Assembly: GCA_000165425.1 (NCBI GenBank)
Contig: CT868655.1
Location: 124,001-188,000 of the forward strand
Direction of reading: 5' to 3'
Origin: Paramecium tetraurelia
Lineage: Eukaryota
DNA: 64,000 bases
This document shows positions 13,087-27,486 of the stretch, in pieces. Numbering within the stretch: position 1 is the first letter of the stretch; each line of letters starts with the position of its first letter. The notes beneath the pieces were generated by a model that had not been told where the DNA came from, did not search any database, and saw only the letters and a list, made by a program, of their open reading frames with translations. Both the position numbers and the translations under genes were made by a program.

Positions 13087-16000
13087 ATGATAAGTCGAGA
13101 CACTGGGTTCTAAGATCTGGAGAGTGGGATTTAGAGCAATAATTTATCGTCAGGACAATTGGTGGATTTGGAATAAAATAGCCCAATTAATGGACAATAG
13201 TTAGATCCAACTCTAGAGTTTTCTTAATTATAATAACTCGAAGCTCTAAGAATGAAGAGAGATATTTTTGACTATAGTCATAAGCAAGCATTAAATTTAG
13301 GAAATAAATCGGATATAAATGAGGAAGATTGTTTAATGAGTAATCTCAGGTAAGAAAGTATAATAAAGTAGTGGAAAAAGAAGTGAACCATAAGGTTCGA
13401 TCAGTTCTATAAGCTGTAATATAAAGAAGCAGAAGCTTACAAAACCTCCTAAGCAGAGGTCAAATAAAACCATTTAGTTCTAATAAAAGCTAGATTAAGA
13501 TGATTTTGTGATTGGATCAGCAAAAAATCAAAGCGGCACTAATATTTTAGGAATAAAATCAGATGCTAAGATAGTAAAATATTAGACATTCGTTTAATAA
13601 TTGGAGGAGGAGCAGGAGTAAAATGAGAAAAAAAAAATAGCATAAATACATCGTGATACAATCAAACAATAATCGTTAGTTTTAAGAGGGAAGAGTCGGG
13701 AAATGAAAACAGGGTATTGACATTAAATAATTAGAAAGATTAAATGAAGTTTGGTCATAGAAAGCGTTAATAATTATTAGATTAGTATCTCGTTTCATCT
13801 AGCAATTAAAGACGAAAACAGAAAGAATAAAATTTAGGCTAATAACTTAAAGAATATTTGAAGTCATCTGCGATAATAGTGCGAATTTCGAATATATGTT
13901 AATAAATAGATTAATCAAGCAAAAACCAAGCTTAAGATTAATAATATTTCACCAATTTTAAAGTCGAGCTCTAACAATGTTAAACACTTTAGAATCTGTT
14001 AACGACTTTCTGAGTAAATATATCAAAGTCATAAAACCTGATAGTTTGTTTAAGATAGTTTGGGACATTGTCCTATTATTATTTATTGTTGTTAACATAT
14101 TTTATATTCCAATTTACATTAGCTTTGATGTGAGATCATCTGGTTTATTTGAATGGATATTTGATTTATTGCCCTCATGGGTATTTATTGCAGAAATCCT
14201 ATTAAACTTCAACACTGCATATTATGATAAGGGATTGATGCATGAAGATAGAAAACAAATCATGAAGCATTATGTAAAGGGTAATTTCTTTTGGGATATC
14301 ATTGTTGTGATTCCATTTTTGATTTCTTATTTGGATATCCCATTTGTCAGATATACGTTATTATTGCGGCTTACACGATTATCACCCTTAATGACAAGTA
14401 TTGAGGAAGTGCTGAATTTGGAAGTAAATAATGTTTCTATAAAATATAGGACAGTCTTTAAATATTTCTGGACTTATTAAAATTAATCTTCTTTCTATTA
14501 TTAACTGGCCATTTTTGTGGATGTGCCTGGCATTGGGTTGCAATAATCGAATATCAAAATTATGGATAAGAAATAACTTGGCTTACTCATTATGAACCTA
14601 ATGCTATGAACTATGAATGGTTTGATAGATACATAATCTCCTTATATTGGAGTGTGATTACTACTGTTACTGTTGGTTATGGTGATATCGTTCCAGTGAC
14701 TACAGTAGAGAGAGTTTTTGTTATAGTAGTGACCTTGTTGATTTGTGGAGTGTTCGGTTATTGCTTATCTAATATTGGAAACATATTTAAACAAATCACA
14801 GATAAGAAGGCTATATACAAATAAAGAATAAGAGAAATCAATTAGCACATTAGGAAGAGGGGTCTTAGTTATAATTTGCAATTAAAAGTAGAAATACATT
14901 TAAAAATCTTAGGTCAAAAAGTATTTTGAATATTTCTTGAAGGTGAAGCAAGAGGAGGATCAACATGCAGAGCAATTTATAGAACAACTAACTAAACATC
15001 TTCGAGAAGAAGTCTTAACTGACATCTATAGAAAGACACTCAAACAATCCAGATTTTTAAGGGAAAATTTCAGTGAAGAAATTCTGAATCGATTATGTTA
15101 GATAGTGAAAGAGACAAAATTATACCCAGAATAAGTACTTTTTTAGAGGAATGACTCTCCTAAGGCATTGTGGTTTATTCTGTCAGGAGCAGTTGAGTAT
15201 GTTGCCGATCATTAAAGTATTTTAATCCCTTAAATTCCTTAGATGAAGATGAACACTATTACACTGAAACATTCTTAAAGAAACTAACTCAAGGGTATCA
15301 TATTTAAGAATATCAATTAGAACAGTGATTGGTGAAAGAGAATTCATATCTCAAACTCCATATGAATATAATGCTAGAGCTACTAAATTTACTTAATTGT
15401 TAGTTGTCGAGTAACTATATATCTATAAATATGATTAGTTATTAACAATTCTATTTAATTTTGTAAGAAAATAATGATGAATTTGAAAAGTATTGTTTAG
15501 CCAAAGATAATTTATTGTTTAATAGCAATTATAAAGCATTTGGCTAAATTTGTGAAATTTGTGGATGGACTCATCGATTTATTTAGTAAACTTTATTCAC
15601 AAATGCTTAGATGTCCTTTCGTGTTTTTATAACCAAATAAAAATAAAATAGCTAGTTCCTTTGTTTCAACTAAAACAAATAAGAGATTAGCATTTCCATA
15701 TAGGACACTTCCAAAAACGAATTGGAGAAATAATGTGCCTGAAGTATAAGAGGCAGCTTTAGGCTACATCGTATTAAACAATATCATACCAGAAAAGTAC
15801 TTATTATATCATCATTCAAGAGAAATAAATGATAATTATCTCGTTAATTTGGGTTTTGAACTAAATGAGAGGGAAGACGAACTCTCCAAAATTGTACCCA
15901 ATAAAAAAAACTCGGTGTCCAAAGATCCAAAAATCTTATCTCAATATGATAACACGTCTCTATAATAACCTATCTAATAACCCTCTATATAAACTGTCTT

Positions 16001-17140
16001 GCAAGATTAGAAGTCACAAAATTAGACTGCTATGTTTCACAAAGATGGATAAAAGATAAATCTGACAAATGTAATTTAGATGTTTAATCTTTAGGAAAGC
16101 ATTATTGATTGGGATTAAGGAAGTTAATTACGAAAAAGCATGAATAGAATCAAATTTTAAGGACTTGATAGAGGAAGAACACTCTAATCAATTAAGGGAA
16201 AACATCATCAAAATAATGGAGGAGGAGTCGATATATTAGAAGAATCCATGATCTAAGAAGAAGTCTAGATTTAAAATACCAATGTTGGATCATAAAAATT
16301 TATTCACAATAAACTTAAAATGGTGAAAAGCAAGCATAATAATCAAAATGCAATTGGAATTAGAAAAGTATCGTGGCTTGAGTTCGATAGTGGGCCCAAT
16401 TAATATTAAGGTTTATAAATCTCTATAACTTGTTAGATGGGAAAGTTGGCCAACAGCTGTTTAATAAATAAATTAGCAAAGGAAGCGATACGAACTTCGA
16501 TTAACCTCCTCCTGTAAACTAATGTGAAAATGAAATCAAATAGAGAATCGAAGCCAGAGAGAATAGCATTATTTCCAAGAAAACAAATACTAAGTAACAA
16601 ATAACTTCATTTCTTAGTATCGATATAAATAGAAGAAAAAAACGAAGAAAAACTACTTAACTTTTATAATTTTTTTAAGGTATCGATGGTGGAGATAATA
16701 AATCAACAAAAAAGGTTGATAAAAGTCTATTAGGAAATGATGTGTACAGTTCTAGTCTGTATACAAATGGAGGACCTAATAATAATACTGGCTTAATGGA
16801 TTCGAATAATAAAGATAATAATAATGCAGATAATAATAGTGTACATGTTGCTCATTCATTCGATGGAATTTAAAAAAGAATCTAAGATATTGTTCATGTC
16901 CATTTTGAAATGGAATTGGATAGATATAAATCATCACAATATTATTTCCCTGATTACAATGTAGAAATAGTATTAGAAAAAATCGCTGTGTATTATGAAA
17001 AAGTTAATGATAAAAAGTTTGACATGAGAGAAATGAAAAGAACAAAAACCAATCTCACTCTATTTGATAGAATTAGATAAGCAAAAAATCCAACTATTAG
17101 AGGAACTTTTGTGGATAAATCCCTTTAAGAAAATGATTGA
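13087..17140 (+). CDS. Cyclic-nucleotide-binding-domain K+ channel (EAG/CNG-like ciliate family)
   Basis: KIVWD S1 entry, S4 RYTLLLRLTRL, pore YWSVITTVTVGYGDIVP, C-linker and CNBD (LWFILSGAVE..IGEREF); many micro-introns. Confidence 0.92.
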
Positions 17141-17455
17141 AATAAAGACTTAAATGGCACTTTTTTCAAAAGTTATTTTAAATATGTTCTTTCATACAAT
17201 ATTGAAATTCATCTATAAAGTTTTATTTTATAAAAAACCAGGGACTATTTTAAGACCAATTTTTTCTTGATTTTTGTCTAAATTCGTTATTATGTATATT
17301 CTAAGATAATTTTTAAATCTAATCTGTCATCAAACTCATATAACAAAAAATATAGAGTAAAATTGCATTAAGAATTTTATAAATGAATATTATATTCTAA
17401 AATATTTAATCTCATTAACTATTGATACAAATATATATTAACTATTAAACACTCA

Positions 17456-19689
17456 TCATAATAATTTAGTATCACTATTATATATCAATTAGAACCCTCC
17501 AATTTTCTTTTTAGTTTTATTTTAGTTATCCACAACAACTTTGACTATGTCCTCTAGCATTTTAGGTATAATTTAAGCAGTGACTGGTGTTGTTGTATCA
17601 CTTGATGGTGACATATTAACCTCTATTAGCCAAGAATTGAATTAATCATCAATCATAAAATCATACCCATAAACTTCAAAGGAACGCTTTCTATTTTTCA
17701 ATTAATCACTACAACACCTTAAACTATTGATAACAATTTCCTTGAATTTTGGTTGTATTCTTTCGCCAAAAACATCCCAACCAAACTCTTCTATCAAATA
17801 CTATTAAAAGTCATCTTGAGTCCACATATTACCTTTAATTTCTGACTTATGAAACTTTTGTGAATATTTGGCAATAGCATTGTTGGTCAGATGAGCAAAT
17901 CTATTATGAAATTGATCAATATCAAATTCTTCAGCTGAAAATCTCACGTAGCATTCATTATAGAAATATATTTTTAAAGGCACCAATTCGGTTACTAATA
18001 TCCATTGTCTTATATCAAATTTACGATTCTTAATAATCAAAGGGTTTTCAATATACTTCATAGCAACATAATTCATAGTTTCCTTATTTACGTTATCCAA
18101 AATTTAATTAAGATCATCAAGACATCTTATGCCTCTTCCTCTAGAGGAATATTCAGGTTTTACAATCCAAATGTTTCTTGTTCCTTAAAGAGAGTTTTAA
18201 GGATTCTTACTCAATTATTTGAGCAACTCCTTAATTTAAGGAACATACTTTTGGAGAAATTAGACACCTTCATAGTCTTCATATCCATTTTACTTTAGTT
18301 GTTAATCTATGTAATCCTAGATTAAGATTTCACGAGGTTTTTCTGGATCTTTCAAAAGTACAATCCATTCCCCAGGATGAATGAATGGGTATTCATCTTT
18401 GAGGATACTCTTAACCATATTACTTAAGGATTTGTTGACTCTATTCATAACAACTAAGCAAAGTCTAATTCTAAATCTCTATCTAAAGGTTAGCTAATTA
18501 ATATTGAGAGGTTGTTGTTTTTCTTCTTTGATTCTTAGAGTATTGTTCTAATCTTCGAGTTTGTTATTATTGCTTTGATAAAATTCTGGTCTTAATGTAT
18601 TATTCTAATCATCTATTTCTTCATTCGGTTCTGAAATGATTTAATTCTAAGTTTGAGTTTACAAGCTTTATTCGAACTCTAATAAAATGCTCTGTATTTT
18701 GGATATTTTAAAATCCTCAATAAAGTCTGAAAAATCAACTAAATCACCTAGATCATAACATCTAGGAAAGAATGATTCCCAGTTATTAATGCATCTGATA
18801 TTTCTGGCCAATCCATATTTTGAGCATAGACATTAATTGCAATCGAAATGATTAATTTATTGGAATTCCATCAGATTCATAAAGTCATCACTTCTCAAAC
18901 TACAAGTCCATTTGAGATCAAAGAAGGGACTATAGGCGTCATCATTTTCTGCCCAATTTCTTTCAAGTAATGCATCTCGAAGTGCATGATATCCACTTGT
19001 AATTATAAATACCTTCTGATTCGGAGCAACATTGTTTTTCTTCTTCCATGTGGGATAATCTTGAATTCCTCTAGCACTTATTTTTTTCTTCTTAGGCGTA
19101 TCATCTTCTTCGTCCTATTCAAATTCTCTTTGGCTATTTTTTATAGCAACTGATTTCTTTTTGGGAGTGTATTTTAACAATTCAAGCTAAATTTACACTT
19201 TCAAATAATTATAAATTTTATACATAGCATTTTAAAAGTGCTTCTATACTTGTAACGAACTTTATTGCTTAAAAATTTTTTAATTTTTTAGAGGTGCTCC
19301 TCTGCATTCTCCTTCGATTGAATAGAAACTCTTATTAGTTTTAAATCATCCTTAGCTATTTTATCAAAATAATAGTCTTTTTTTCCCATCAAAACCAATA
19401 ATTGAATCAAATTATATCGCAGAGGATTGAAGTCCTCGTTCTTCTATTAAGGTTCCTCTATCAATGGTGCTAATTTCTTTTATGTTGTTAAAGCTCTTTA
19501 TTACAATTAGGGTTCTTCAATGTTATCATCCAATTTCTTCAAAGTCTTTAATTGTCCTCTTATTGGCTCTTTCGATTTCGACTTTATAAGCTGTCCTTTT
19601 GCTTTGATTGATTAAAACATTTTGAAATTCATATTAATGCTAGCCTTATTCCCTTAAACATTGAAATAAGATGGACGAGTGTCTAACAT
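17456..19689 (-). CDS. Tubulin-tyrosine-ligase-like enzyme, TTLL3-type tubulin glycylase
   Basis: IWIVKPEYSSRGRGI, KYIENPLIIKNRKFDIRQWILVT, HLTNNAI, FEVYGYDFMID, WLIEVNMSP; GYHALRDALLERNW and SFFPRCYDL point to the TTLL3 subgroup. Confidence 0.88.
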
Positions 19690-19729
19690 TTTTAATTAGT
19701 ATAATTTTATAAAAATCAATAATTTCAAT

Positions 19730-20313
19730 TATGTTCCCCTAATTTCCGAGATATTAGGTATTTATTAACAATATATTAATTATTAATTACAATAGAAGGA
19801 GTGTAGCTCCTCCTCCTTTTGTTGTCCTTCTTTGAACTTGCTATCATACTTAATTTCTTGCTTAGCACTCCTATCTATTAATTGTGTTCTCCCATATATT
19901 TTAATGTATAAAATCCTTTCATAGGTTCCACAGTATTCGAAGCCTATTACAAAGGCGAACAAACCCATCTGCTATATGTGGCTCTAAATTCACTAGAATT
20001 TGGACGACAACCATGTGCTGAATGACTTCTTTATACATCATTCATTTTAGGAGTTTCCATATAGAACTATTTCCCTTTTTCATTGAAATTGTTGAGTTTG
20101 ATTTTAGGCTAATTTGCAGAAGGCCATATTTGCCTATGCTGAATATTTCGAATCAATGGACTTGGACTTATTGGTTTGGACTCTTCAAATGAAAAATCGA
20201 CTTTAATAGGTTTCTACTTCTGATTATTGGAACAGAATCTATGATTGTAAAACCCCTTAGACGTTACCTGGTTAATATATATGAACTGATTTACTTACAA
20301 GGCTATTATACAT
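19730..20313 (-). CDS. Small basic hypothetical protein (3' end uncertain)
   Basis: ATG 20313, 29-nt intron after MYNSL, then a long TGA-free frame; terminal exon not resolved. Confidence 0.4.
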
Positions 20314-20425
20314 TTTATATATATAATTATGTAATCAATGTTTGGATGACAATCATTTAGTTAATTACAACACTAACAATAAGAAAAATAACAATATATT
20401 TATTGGTATTCGGTTCATATCATAC

Positions 20426-22840
20426 TCAAATGTTTATCTATTGATAGGCTTAGATTGATCTTCGCTTTCTTTCTCTGACAAGTTCTTAGGTAGCAGTCCA
20501 TAAGATTTTGATCTTTTTGGATTATTCATCATTATCTGATAATGCTTTTGGTAGTTTTTCATTAATCATTTTGATAACTTCCTAGATTTCTGCATCTTTG
20601 AACTAAATGAATGAAATTAAAAGAATACCTCAACTTATTCAAAGAAGTAGAAATATTTATTCAAAATTTAAATAAATACATATACAAACTTTGGATTGTT
20701 GCCTATACTTTGATTAGCTATTTTAATTGCTTTCTTGAAGCATTCTTGAACTCTCTAAGCATTTTTAATGTGATCATTATAGAACATATGAGCAGCATTC
20801 AAGACACCAATTGCTTATTCATTCTTCTTTAATAGTTTGGCAGCTTATTGAGTGGCATTTCCAGCAAGAGTGTCAAAGTTTTCACCACTAATACAATTTA
20901 ATTTAGCAAAGGTGGACATAATTTGATTTAGTAACACCACCTTCACATTGGAATCTCCAATTTCATCTTAAAATATAGTGATAATTTGAGTTGCAACATC
21001 GTAAGAGAATTCATCAAACTCTTAGGCCTAATCAACAATATTGATGCATAACAAAAAGTTTAGGTTGAGTTTCAAGGCTAATTCAGGAAAGTGTCCTTAT
21101 AAAACATCAATCAATCCTCTTATTTATTCAAATAACACTTTATATTAGGTTTCTTCTAAAATGAATAATTTTAACATATATTACATGTTTATGGTCCTCC
21201 TTAAGTGGCTATCAATTAAATCAATTTAAACAATGCAAAAATGGCTGCTGGGTAAGTATATTTTTATCTGGTGATTTCTCCTTGTTAGAATTTAGCTATG
21301 AATTATTATAAGATAGTGTTGTGAATTGCTAAATCTCCATTTTAGACTAGATGGACAGTTCTAGCCACTAATTATTGTTCCTCTTCAAATTCATTTTCTG
21401 GGATTTCAACATAATCATTCTATGTAATTAAGAGTGGCTAAATGAATTTGAGTAATTCTCCAGTGATCTTTAAATCGTCAATTACTTAATTCAGATTAAC
21501 AACAGCCTAACAAATCTTAATTGCAACTTGTCTTCTTTTTTGGAATGGAAGATGTTTCATAAGATTTGGATACTCATTCATTGTAAGAATGGATAAGCTC
21601 ATGGTATCCAAAGGCATGGCAAGAAACTTAACAATATTTTTTTAGCACTCTTCTGTGAAATCTGTTTCGTTTTATCTTTCGCATAATCTACAACAAGATT
21701 TAAGAATGTCATTAACGTATTCTGAATTGTTGGGATAACATCTTAATGTGAAATTGAGGAAAGCCACTTATAAATCTAATAGATTTTTGAATTCAATTTG
21801 ACTGTTAGAATCTAACATCTAATATATGATATTTGATATTTGTTACTTTGTCAATATTTTATTTGAACATACTATAAATATCCACTTCGGAATTGAATGT
21901 GCCCATATCATTATTCAATGCAAAATCAGCCAATCTGCCCATAAGATTGATGAATATATTTTTGATATCCACTGTTGGTTCTAATTGAGTTGTACAAACC
22001 TTCAAAAGTTCTTAAAGTGTTTGCAAATGATACTCATCTGGAAATGCTTGAATTGTGCAATCCATCAAGTATGTTTGGGATATAGCATCTTTGCTGCTTG
22101 TGATGATATCAATGATTTTGGGTAAGACCTTTGTTTTATAGGTGTCCAATGAAACACCTTCCAAATTGCTTAATCTTGTAACGTTCTCTCCAATGGTTAC
22201 TTTGAGATCTAGTCTTTCCCTTTCTCTCTTTGATTTGTCTTTTGAACCCTACATTCTAATCCATAATTTGTTCATCTCTGATAAGTTTCTTATAATGATT
22301 TCAATAGCATCATCAATATTTCCTCCTGTACCTTCGTATTCAGAGCCTGTGTCTGGAAGTCTGTCTTTGCACAATTTAAGGAAATAATATCTGATAAACA
22401 ATCCTCTCAATGGATGTTGAATAGCCTAGCATAAACCTTGAGATTACCTTAATGCACTCTAATAAGTCGAGGAGAATCACTTTGGCTCCAATTTCATGAG
22501 TTTATATGAACACAGATCCGACTGTGATTAGTAAATATAAACGTGGAATGACGTATGTGGCATGCTAAACAGATTCATATAAGTCTGGCATTTTTCTGCC
22601 TCTTCTATATTCTTCTTTGAAGTAATTTTCCAAAATACGCATCTCATCGAAGACCTACATAAACAAGATGTAATAATTTCTTGGACTCAAAAGTGATGTT
22701 TTCAATTCACTCAACATTGCCGACGAATATCTCAATGCATCCTTTAATTGAGCCTTCTCCAAAGATGCTCTCATGAAATAGGCTTATTCTTTGACTACCT
22801 TACGAGCATCTTCCAAGTACTTTTCTTGATCTTCTTCCAT
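20426..22840 (-). CDS. VPS35: Retromer subunit VPS35
   Basis: MEEDQEKYLEDARKVVKEQAYFM...ELKTSLLSPRNYY...DLYESVQHATYVIPRLYLLITVG...QHPLRGLFIRYY. Confidence 0.97.
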
Positions 22841-23259
22841 ATTATTTAAAGAATTTAATTTTTAATAAATCTCTCAGTCAATATTCTTACTTAAAACACA
22901 CATCAAAGATTTATTTGATAAATAAAAACTTTGTATTCTATATGATAAATATTTTATTTAAAACAAGATCAATAGTATTATTAAGAATTTGGATTCCCAC
23001 TTAGAACTTTGTAGATTACCTTTTTAACACAATCCATAAGTTTTAAGAAAATCAATTGAAAATATAACTAAAAAATTCTCTAACCATTTAAAATAGAAAG
23101 CCTTCATATCAATAAATTTAATTTTTTTGTTTACTCTATATGTTTAATCTTATTATTTTTCTATCAATATGGTGTTTTTGGCTAAAAATATTAATATAAT
23201 TTTCCTTTTTTATTTTTACTCGAAATTAGATTATAATAATTACTTTAAATTAGAAGTTT

Positions 23260-24152
23260 ATGTCTAGCTAATGCCATTTTGTCCAAAAATATAATAAGGT
23301 TTCAGGAAAACAAACTAACCTCATTCAAGGGCAGCTCAAAAATGATTTCCTTAGAAATTTTCCATCGGTTTAAATGCCTTACTATCATAGAGTGCACTTA
23401 TATCAACTCCTTTTTCCGGCAAATCTTTAAGTGTGATATACTCTCCAGAAACTCAAAAACTTAATGAGAGAATATAAGAAGAACTTAGTCAATTAGATGA
23501 AGTACCCATCTATCACTTTCCTTAGATGTATAATAGAGAGGAGGATAAGATGTAATACTAAGTTTAAACTATGTAGTTTTTTGAAAGTAAATTATATTAA
23601 TCTATAGGGCCAAGAATCCTAAATGCTTGAAGCCATATTGAACTACAAGAGAAAACGCTGGGATATGATCCTACCAATCAATGAGTTCATCTCAGAGTAG
23701 AATTGTCAAGGATTTTGGATTCTCAAAATTATTGTAATCAATATTATTTACTAGTTTAAGACTAAAAAATTCATAGAACTCAACAATTATGATAATTCCA
23801 AAGAACTAATGAACTTTTGTTTGAAACTATTAAATAGAAATCTTAATATAAATCACGGTATTCTTTGTCATAATCACACATAGATGATATAGTTCAATAA
23901 TTAGATGGATGCATTCGAATAAATCCTTATTGCTTATTAAAGAAAAGCTCCATTAAACCATCCATCTCCAATCTTCTTTCAAACCTACTCTTTGAGCATA
24001 AAATCTCAAATCATTTAGAAATTTTCCATACTCTTTTTAATGATTTTGAGAACAAAGATCTTGACTCCTTAAAACAACATATTAATTTAGATAACTAATT
24101 TAAGTATCTAAAGGAGATACTAATAAATAAATTATTAAGAATAAGCAAATGA
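23260..24152 (+). CDS. Hypothetical protein
   Basis: A continuous frame is obtained with four micro-introns (first one 23419 or 23431 to 23448); TGA at ~24150-24152. Confidence 0.55.
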
Positions 24153-24943
24153 GAATTTTGAGCTTATATAAAATTTTGAAATTTTGAAATCCACATTATA
24201 ATCAAATATTATTTTCCAGATAATTATAGAATAAAAATTTATTAAAGAAATTATCTCCCTAAGTATTAAATGTTAATTAAAATGATCAATTAATTAATCC
24301 AAAATCAACATATTAATTATATACATTAATATAATTAAAGAAACATTAATATAATAGTGAGTAAAATTAATAACAAAAGAGTAAGAAAAAGAAAAATCAA
24401 AATCAAGAATATAAATAAGAAAAAGGAAAATAATCTTTAATATTTTGACAATTCTTTTAACTTCTTATTTTATTCAATAACTTAGTACTGTTTTATATCT
24501 ATTATCAGATTAATGTACGATATTTTCTAAAATAATAATTGATTATCATTAAATTCTAAGAACTCTCCTACCTGTAATAAGATAATAATAATTCACAATT
24601 ATTAATCAATTACAGTCCTATTGTTGTGATTATCTAAATAGTAGCAATTCTTAAGAAAGATCTTCGATGAATCAATTATATAAAATGTCGGCAAAATATT
24701 GTAGTTTCTAGATAAATCTTAACATCTAGAATCTGTTCCTATTGCCACTTAATATGAAATAATTCCATATATTTTAATCACTATAATAGGTTAACTACTA
24801 TGTAGAATCATTTAAAACACTTTAGCGAAGTTTAATTATTATATATAATATTAAATAATTTTTATGTTGAAATCACATTTATAGTAATATGAATAGTACT
24901 ACTCTATTGCCCTTTGATATTTATTACTTCATTATATAATAAT

Positions 24944-26152
24944 TCAATCACTATTAATTTTACTAAATAAATCAAATTGGATTTCTAAAAGAACATCTTC
25001 ATTTTCTAAATATATACTACCACTATAATTGTCTTAGTGTATACTCTCAAGTTTTCCCACCTTCCCACAATGCTCTCCTTCTTTCAAAATCATCACCTAA
25101 TTTCCAATTTTAGGAATGACTGTTTCAAGGAACTTTTAATCAATAATTACTTTTTCTTTAGTACTATTTTAAATTTCAATCAACCCCCCAAATTAATCTA
25201 TGACTCTCTTAACAACTCCTTTTTTTCCATAATATTTTCCATTGTTTAATTGTTAATCAATAATTTTAACAACAATATTTTCCTTAATCCATGGGGAATC
25301 ATCAGCAACTTATTATTGAGCTTATGCTTATTGAGGTTAGTTTACTGCATTTTAATTATTTTTATATTTGATATTTTGATATAATTTCTCCATGTTTTCC
25401 TTAGAACCTTATTATTTTAAAAGACTTTCTTCTATCCACTACTTATTTCCTTAGGTTTCAACATCTAAAACAACTTGGCTGTCTTTCTTACTTCCTTAGC
25501 TGAAATTGATACCAAAGGATATGAATTAATCTTGTGACTATTATTGAACTTAATTGCTGTTAGTTTCTTATCCTGGTAAATTCTAATTCTCCAATTAATT
25601 TTGATTATTATTCTCTTATTCATTTAATTATTACCCCTTTATGATTTGTTTTTCGAGTGATTTATCAATGAGAGCATTTTACTTTTCAACTAATTTAACT
25701 TTTTTTGTTTCTACTTTATCGTATTTAATTTTCTCTGGATTCAAATTGAGATTCCAAATCATGATATCTCCTGGAGAATGATCAAAACCAATTTTGTTAT
25801 TTGCAATCAAATATTAAATGAAATCAGTCAATTTAGTCCATTTAGTGCCATTTAAATGTACATGATCTACTTTTCTAATCATCTCTTCATAAACTTTATT
25901 TGAGCCAATCTTTTAATCCTTGTATTTTTCCTTTAAGATCTCCATAAAGGCTGTTTCAAATTCTTAACTAAACTATTCAATATAAAAATCAGGATCTTCA
26001 TTGTATAATCTCATCATTTTCATATGATGGCCTGAATTTAGATGACAACGAAATCCATTCTCATCATAACATTATTTTCTACACATTTGACAGAAGTATT
26101 TCAATTTCGCAGTCTTAGTAGCTTATTATTTTCCATAAGTCTAACTATACAT
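24944..26152 (-). CDS. KIN17: KIN17 DNA/RNA-binding protein
   Basis: KLKYFCQMCRKQCYDENGFRCHLNSGHH zinc finger, HVHLNGTKWTKLTDF winged-helix motif, C-terminal KOW-like region (LETVIP). Confidence 0.95.
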
Positions 26153-26179
26153 TATAATTTTATTAATATTCCGTTTTAA

Positions 26180-26850
26180 ATGAGATTAGTGTTCTGGATT
26201 ATAGTGTTTTTAGGTCTAGTCTAGGCTATTCCAAAGAAGCAAATATCAATACATAGTAAATACAATACGCCGATAAATGCTCAAGATGTTAAATTAAGTG
26301 AAGTAGATTTAGCCCTTTATCAAAATGATATGTAATAAATTGGCCAAAAGAATCACTTGAAATCTGAAATTACAAATTGGATGCAGGCAAAGACAAGTCT
26401 ATTAGAATAGTTGTCGACTTTTTACAATTGCTTTGAAATATTTTTGTCTAAGTAACAATAAATAGGAATTTTGTTGGTTTGCATAATATGCTTTGCATTT
26501 TATTTGATGGTGAAATCTGAAGATAGAAATATGAAATAGAAGAAGTAGAATACCAAAAAGAAATAGAAAAATTGTTAGCAAGATGTCATAGTGCAAATAT
26601 TGACTGATTCTCTTATTGCGAAAGAACAGTCCCCACTTCCATAGGTTTCAACCATCAATGGATCGCTTCACTTAGAAGAAAGAGTGTTTTTATTATAATT
26701 AATATTTTTAGTAATAAATCAGCTGATTAAATGAAAAACAATGGGCAATTTAGTTTGTTTAAACGATCCAATTCGTAGCCGATCATTTAACCCAATTTGC
26801 CTGATTATTCTGCTGAAGAGATCAATAGTTTATTGAAGGACATTAGCTGA
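26180..26850 (+). CDS. Putative secreted or membrane hypothetical protein (exon structure uncertain)
   Basis: Signal-peptide-like MRLVFWIIVFLGLVQA; a later hydrophobic segment (GILLVCIICFAFYLMV) lies in another frame; splicing not resolved. Confidence 0.4.
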
Positions 26851-26981
26851 TTATCTAAAGTAATAATATTCATATAAAGAATCATAATTCTTTGCTTGTC
26901 TTTCTAATATTCTATTTTCTTGATTATTTTTCTTATAAACAAATTTTTAAAAATGATTAAATTTTATTTAAAAAATATTAA

Positions 26982-27331
26982 ATGGTGAACGTACCAAAGA
27001 ATAGAAAAACCTACTGCAGAAAATGTGGAAGTCATCAAAGTTGCAAAGTTTCCTAATATAAAAAGAGCAAGGAAAGTCCATTTGCTTAAGGTAGAAGAAG
27101 GTACGACATGAAGCAGTCTGGTTATGGAGGCTAAACAAAGCCAATTTTCAGAAAGAAAGCAAAGACCACAAAAAAGGTGGCATTGAAGTATTTATATTTT
27201 ACGAGAATAGGCTTGAATGCGTCAAGTGCAAATTAAAATGGTTAAAAGTTATTAAGAGATGCAAGACTATCGTCTTTGTCGATGCCAATCAGCTCAAAAA
27301 ACAATAAGAAGCAAAGAAGAATGCTAAATGA
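26982..27331 (+). CDS. RPL44: 60S ribosomal protein eL42 (L36a/L44)
   Basis: MVNVPKNRKTYCRKC...[30 protein letters not shown]; one 23-nt intron. Confidence 0.97.
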
Positions 27332-27486
27332 GATAATTATAGTATAATAAGTCATATATTAAGTATTTTATTAAAGAATTTATTTTCATCAAATTAATGT
27401 TAAATTTTACTCAAATTTCCACTTGTATAATTAAACAATTATATATATATGAATCTCTGATAATTATAATTTATATTGTTTAACTA

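Noticed and set aside
18005..18298. Antisense ORFs in the track (also 6637, 20611, 22142, 47844, 49629, 57188, 63419 and others)
   Set aside because: They lie opposite well-supported genes and show no independent coding signal.
23431..23436. In-frame TGA as selenocysteine or readthrough
   Set aside because: It sits inside a frame-preserving intron-like segment ending in CAG; no redox motif or SECIS-like hairpin was noticed.
24282..24870. Long TGA-free + strand frame between the hypothetical gene and KIN17
   Set aside because: Extremely AT-rich with I/N/Q/L-biased translation and no motif; with only one stop codon such frames arise by chance.
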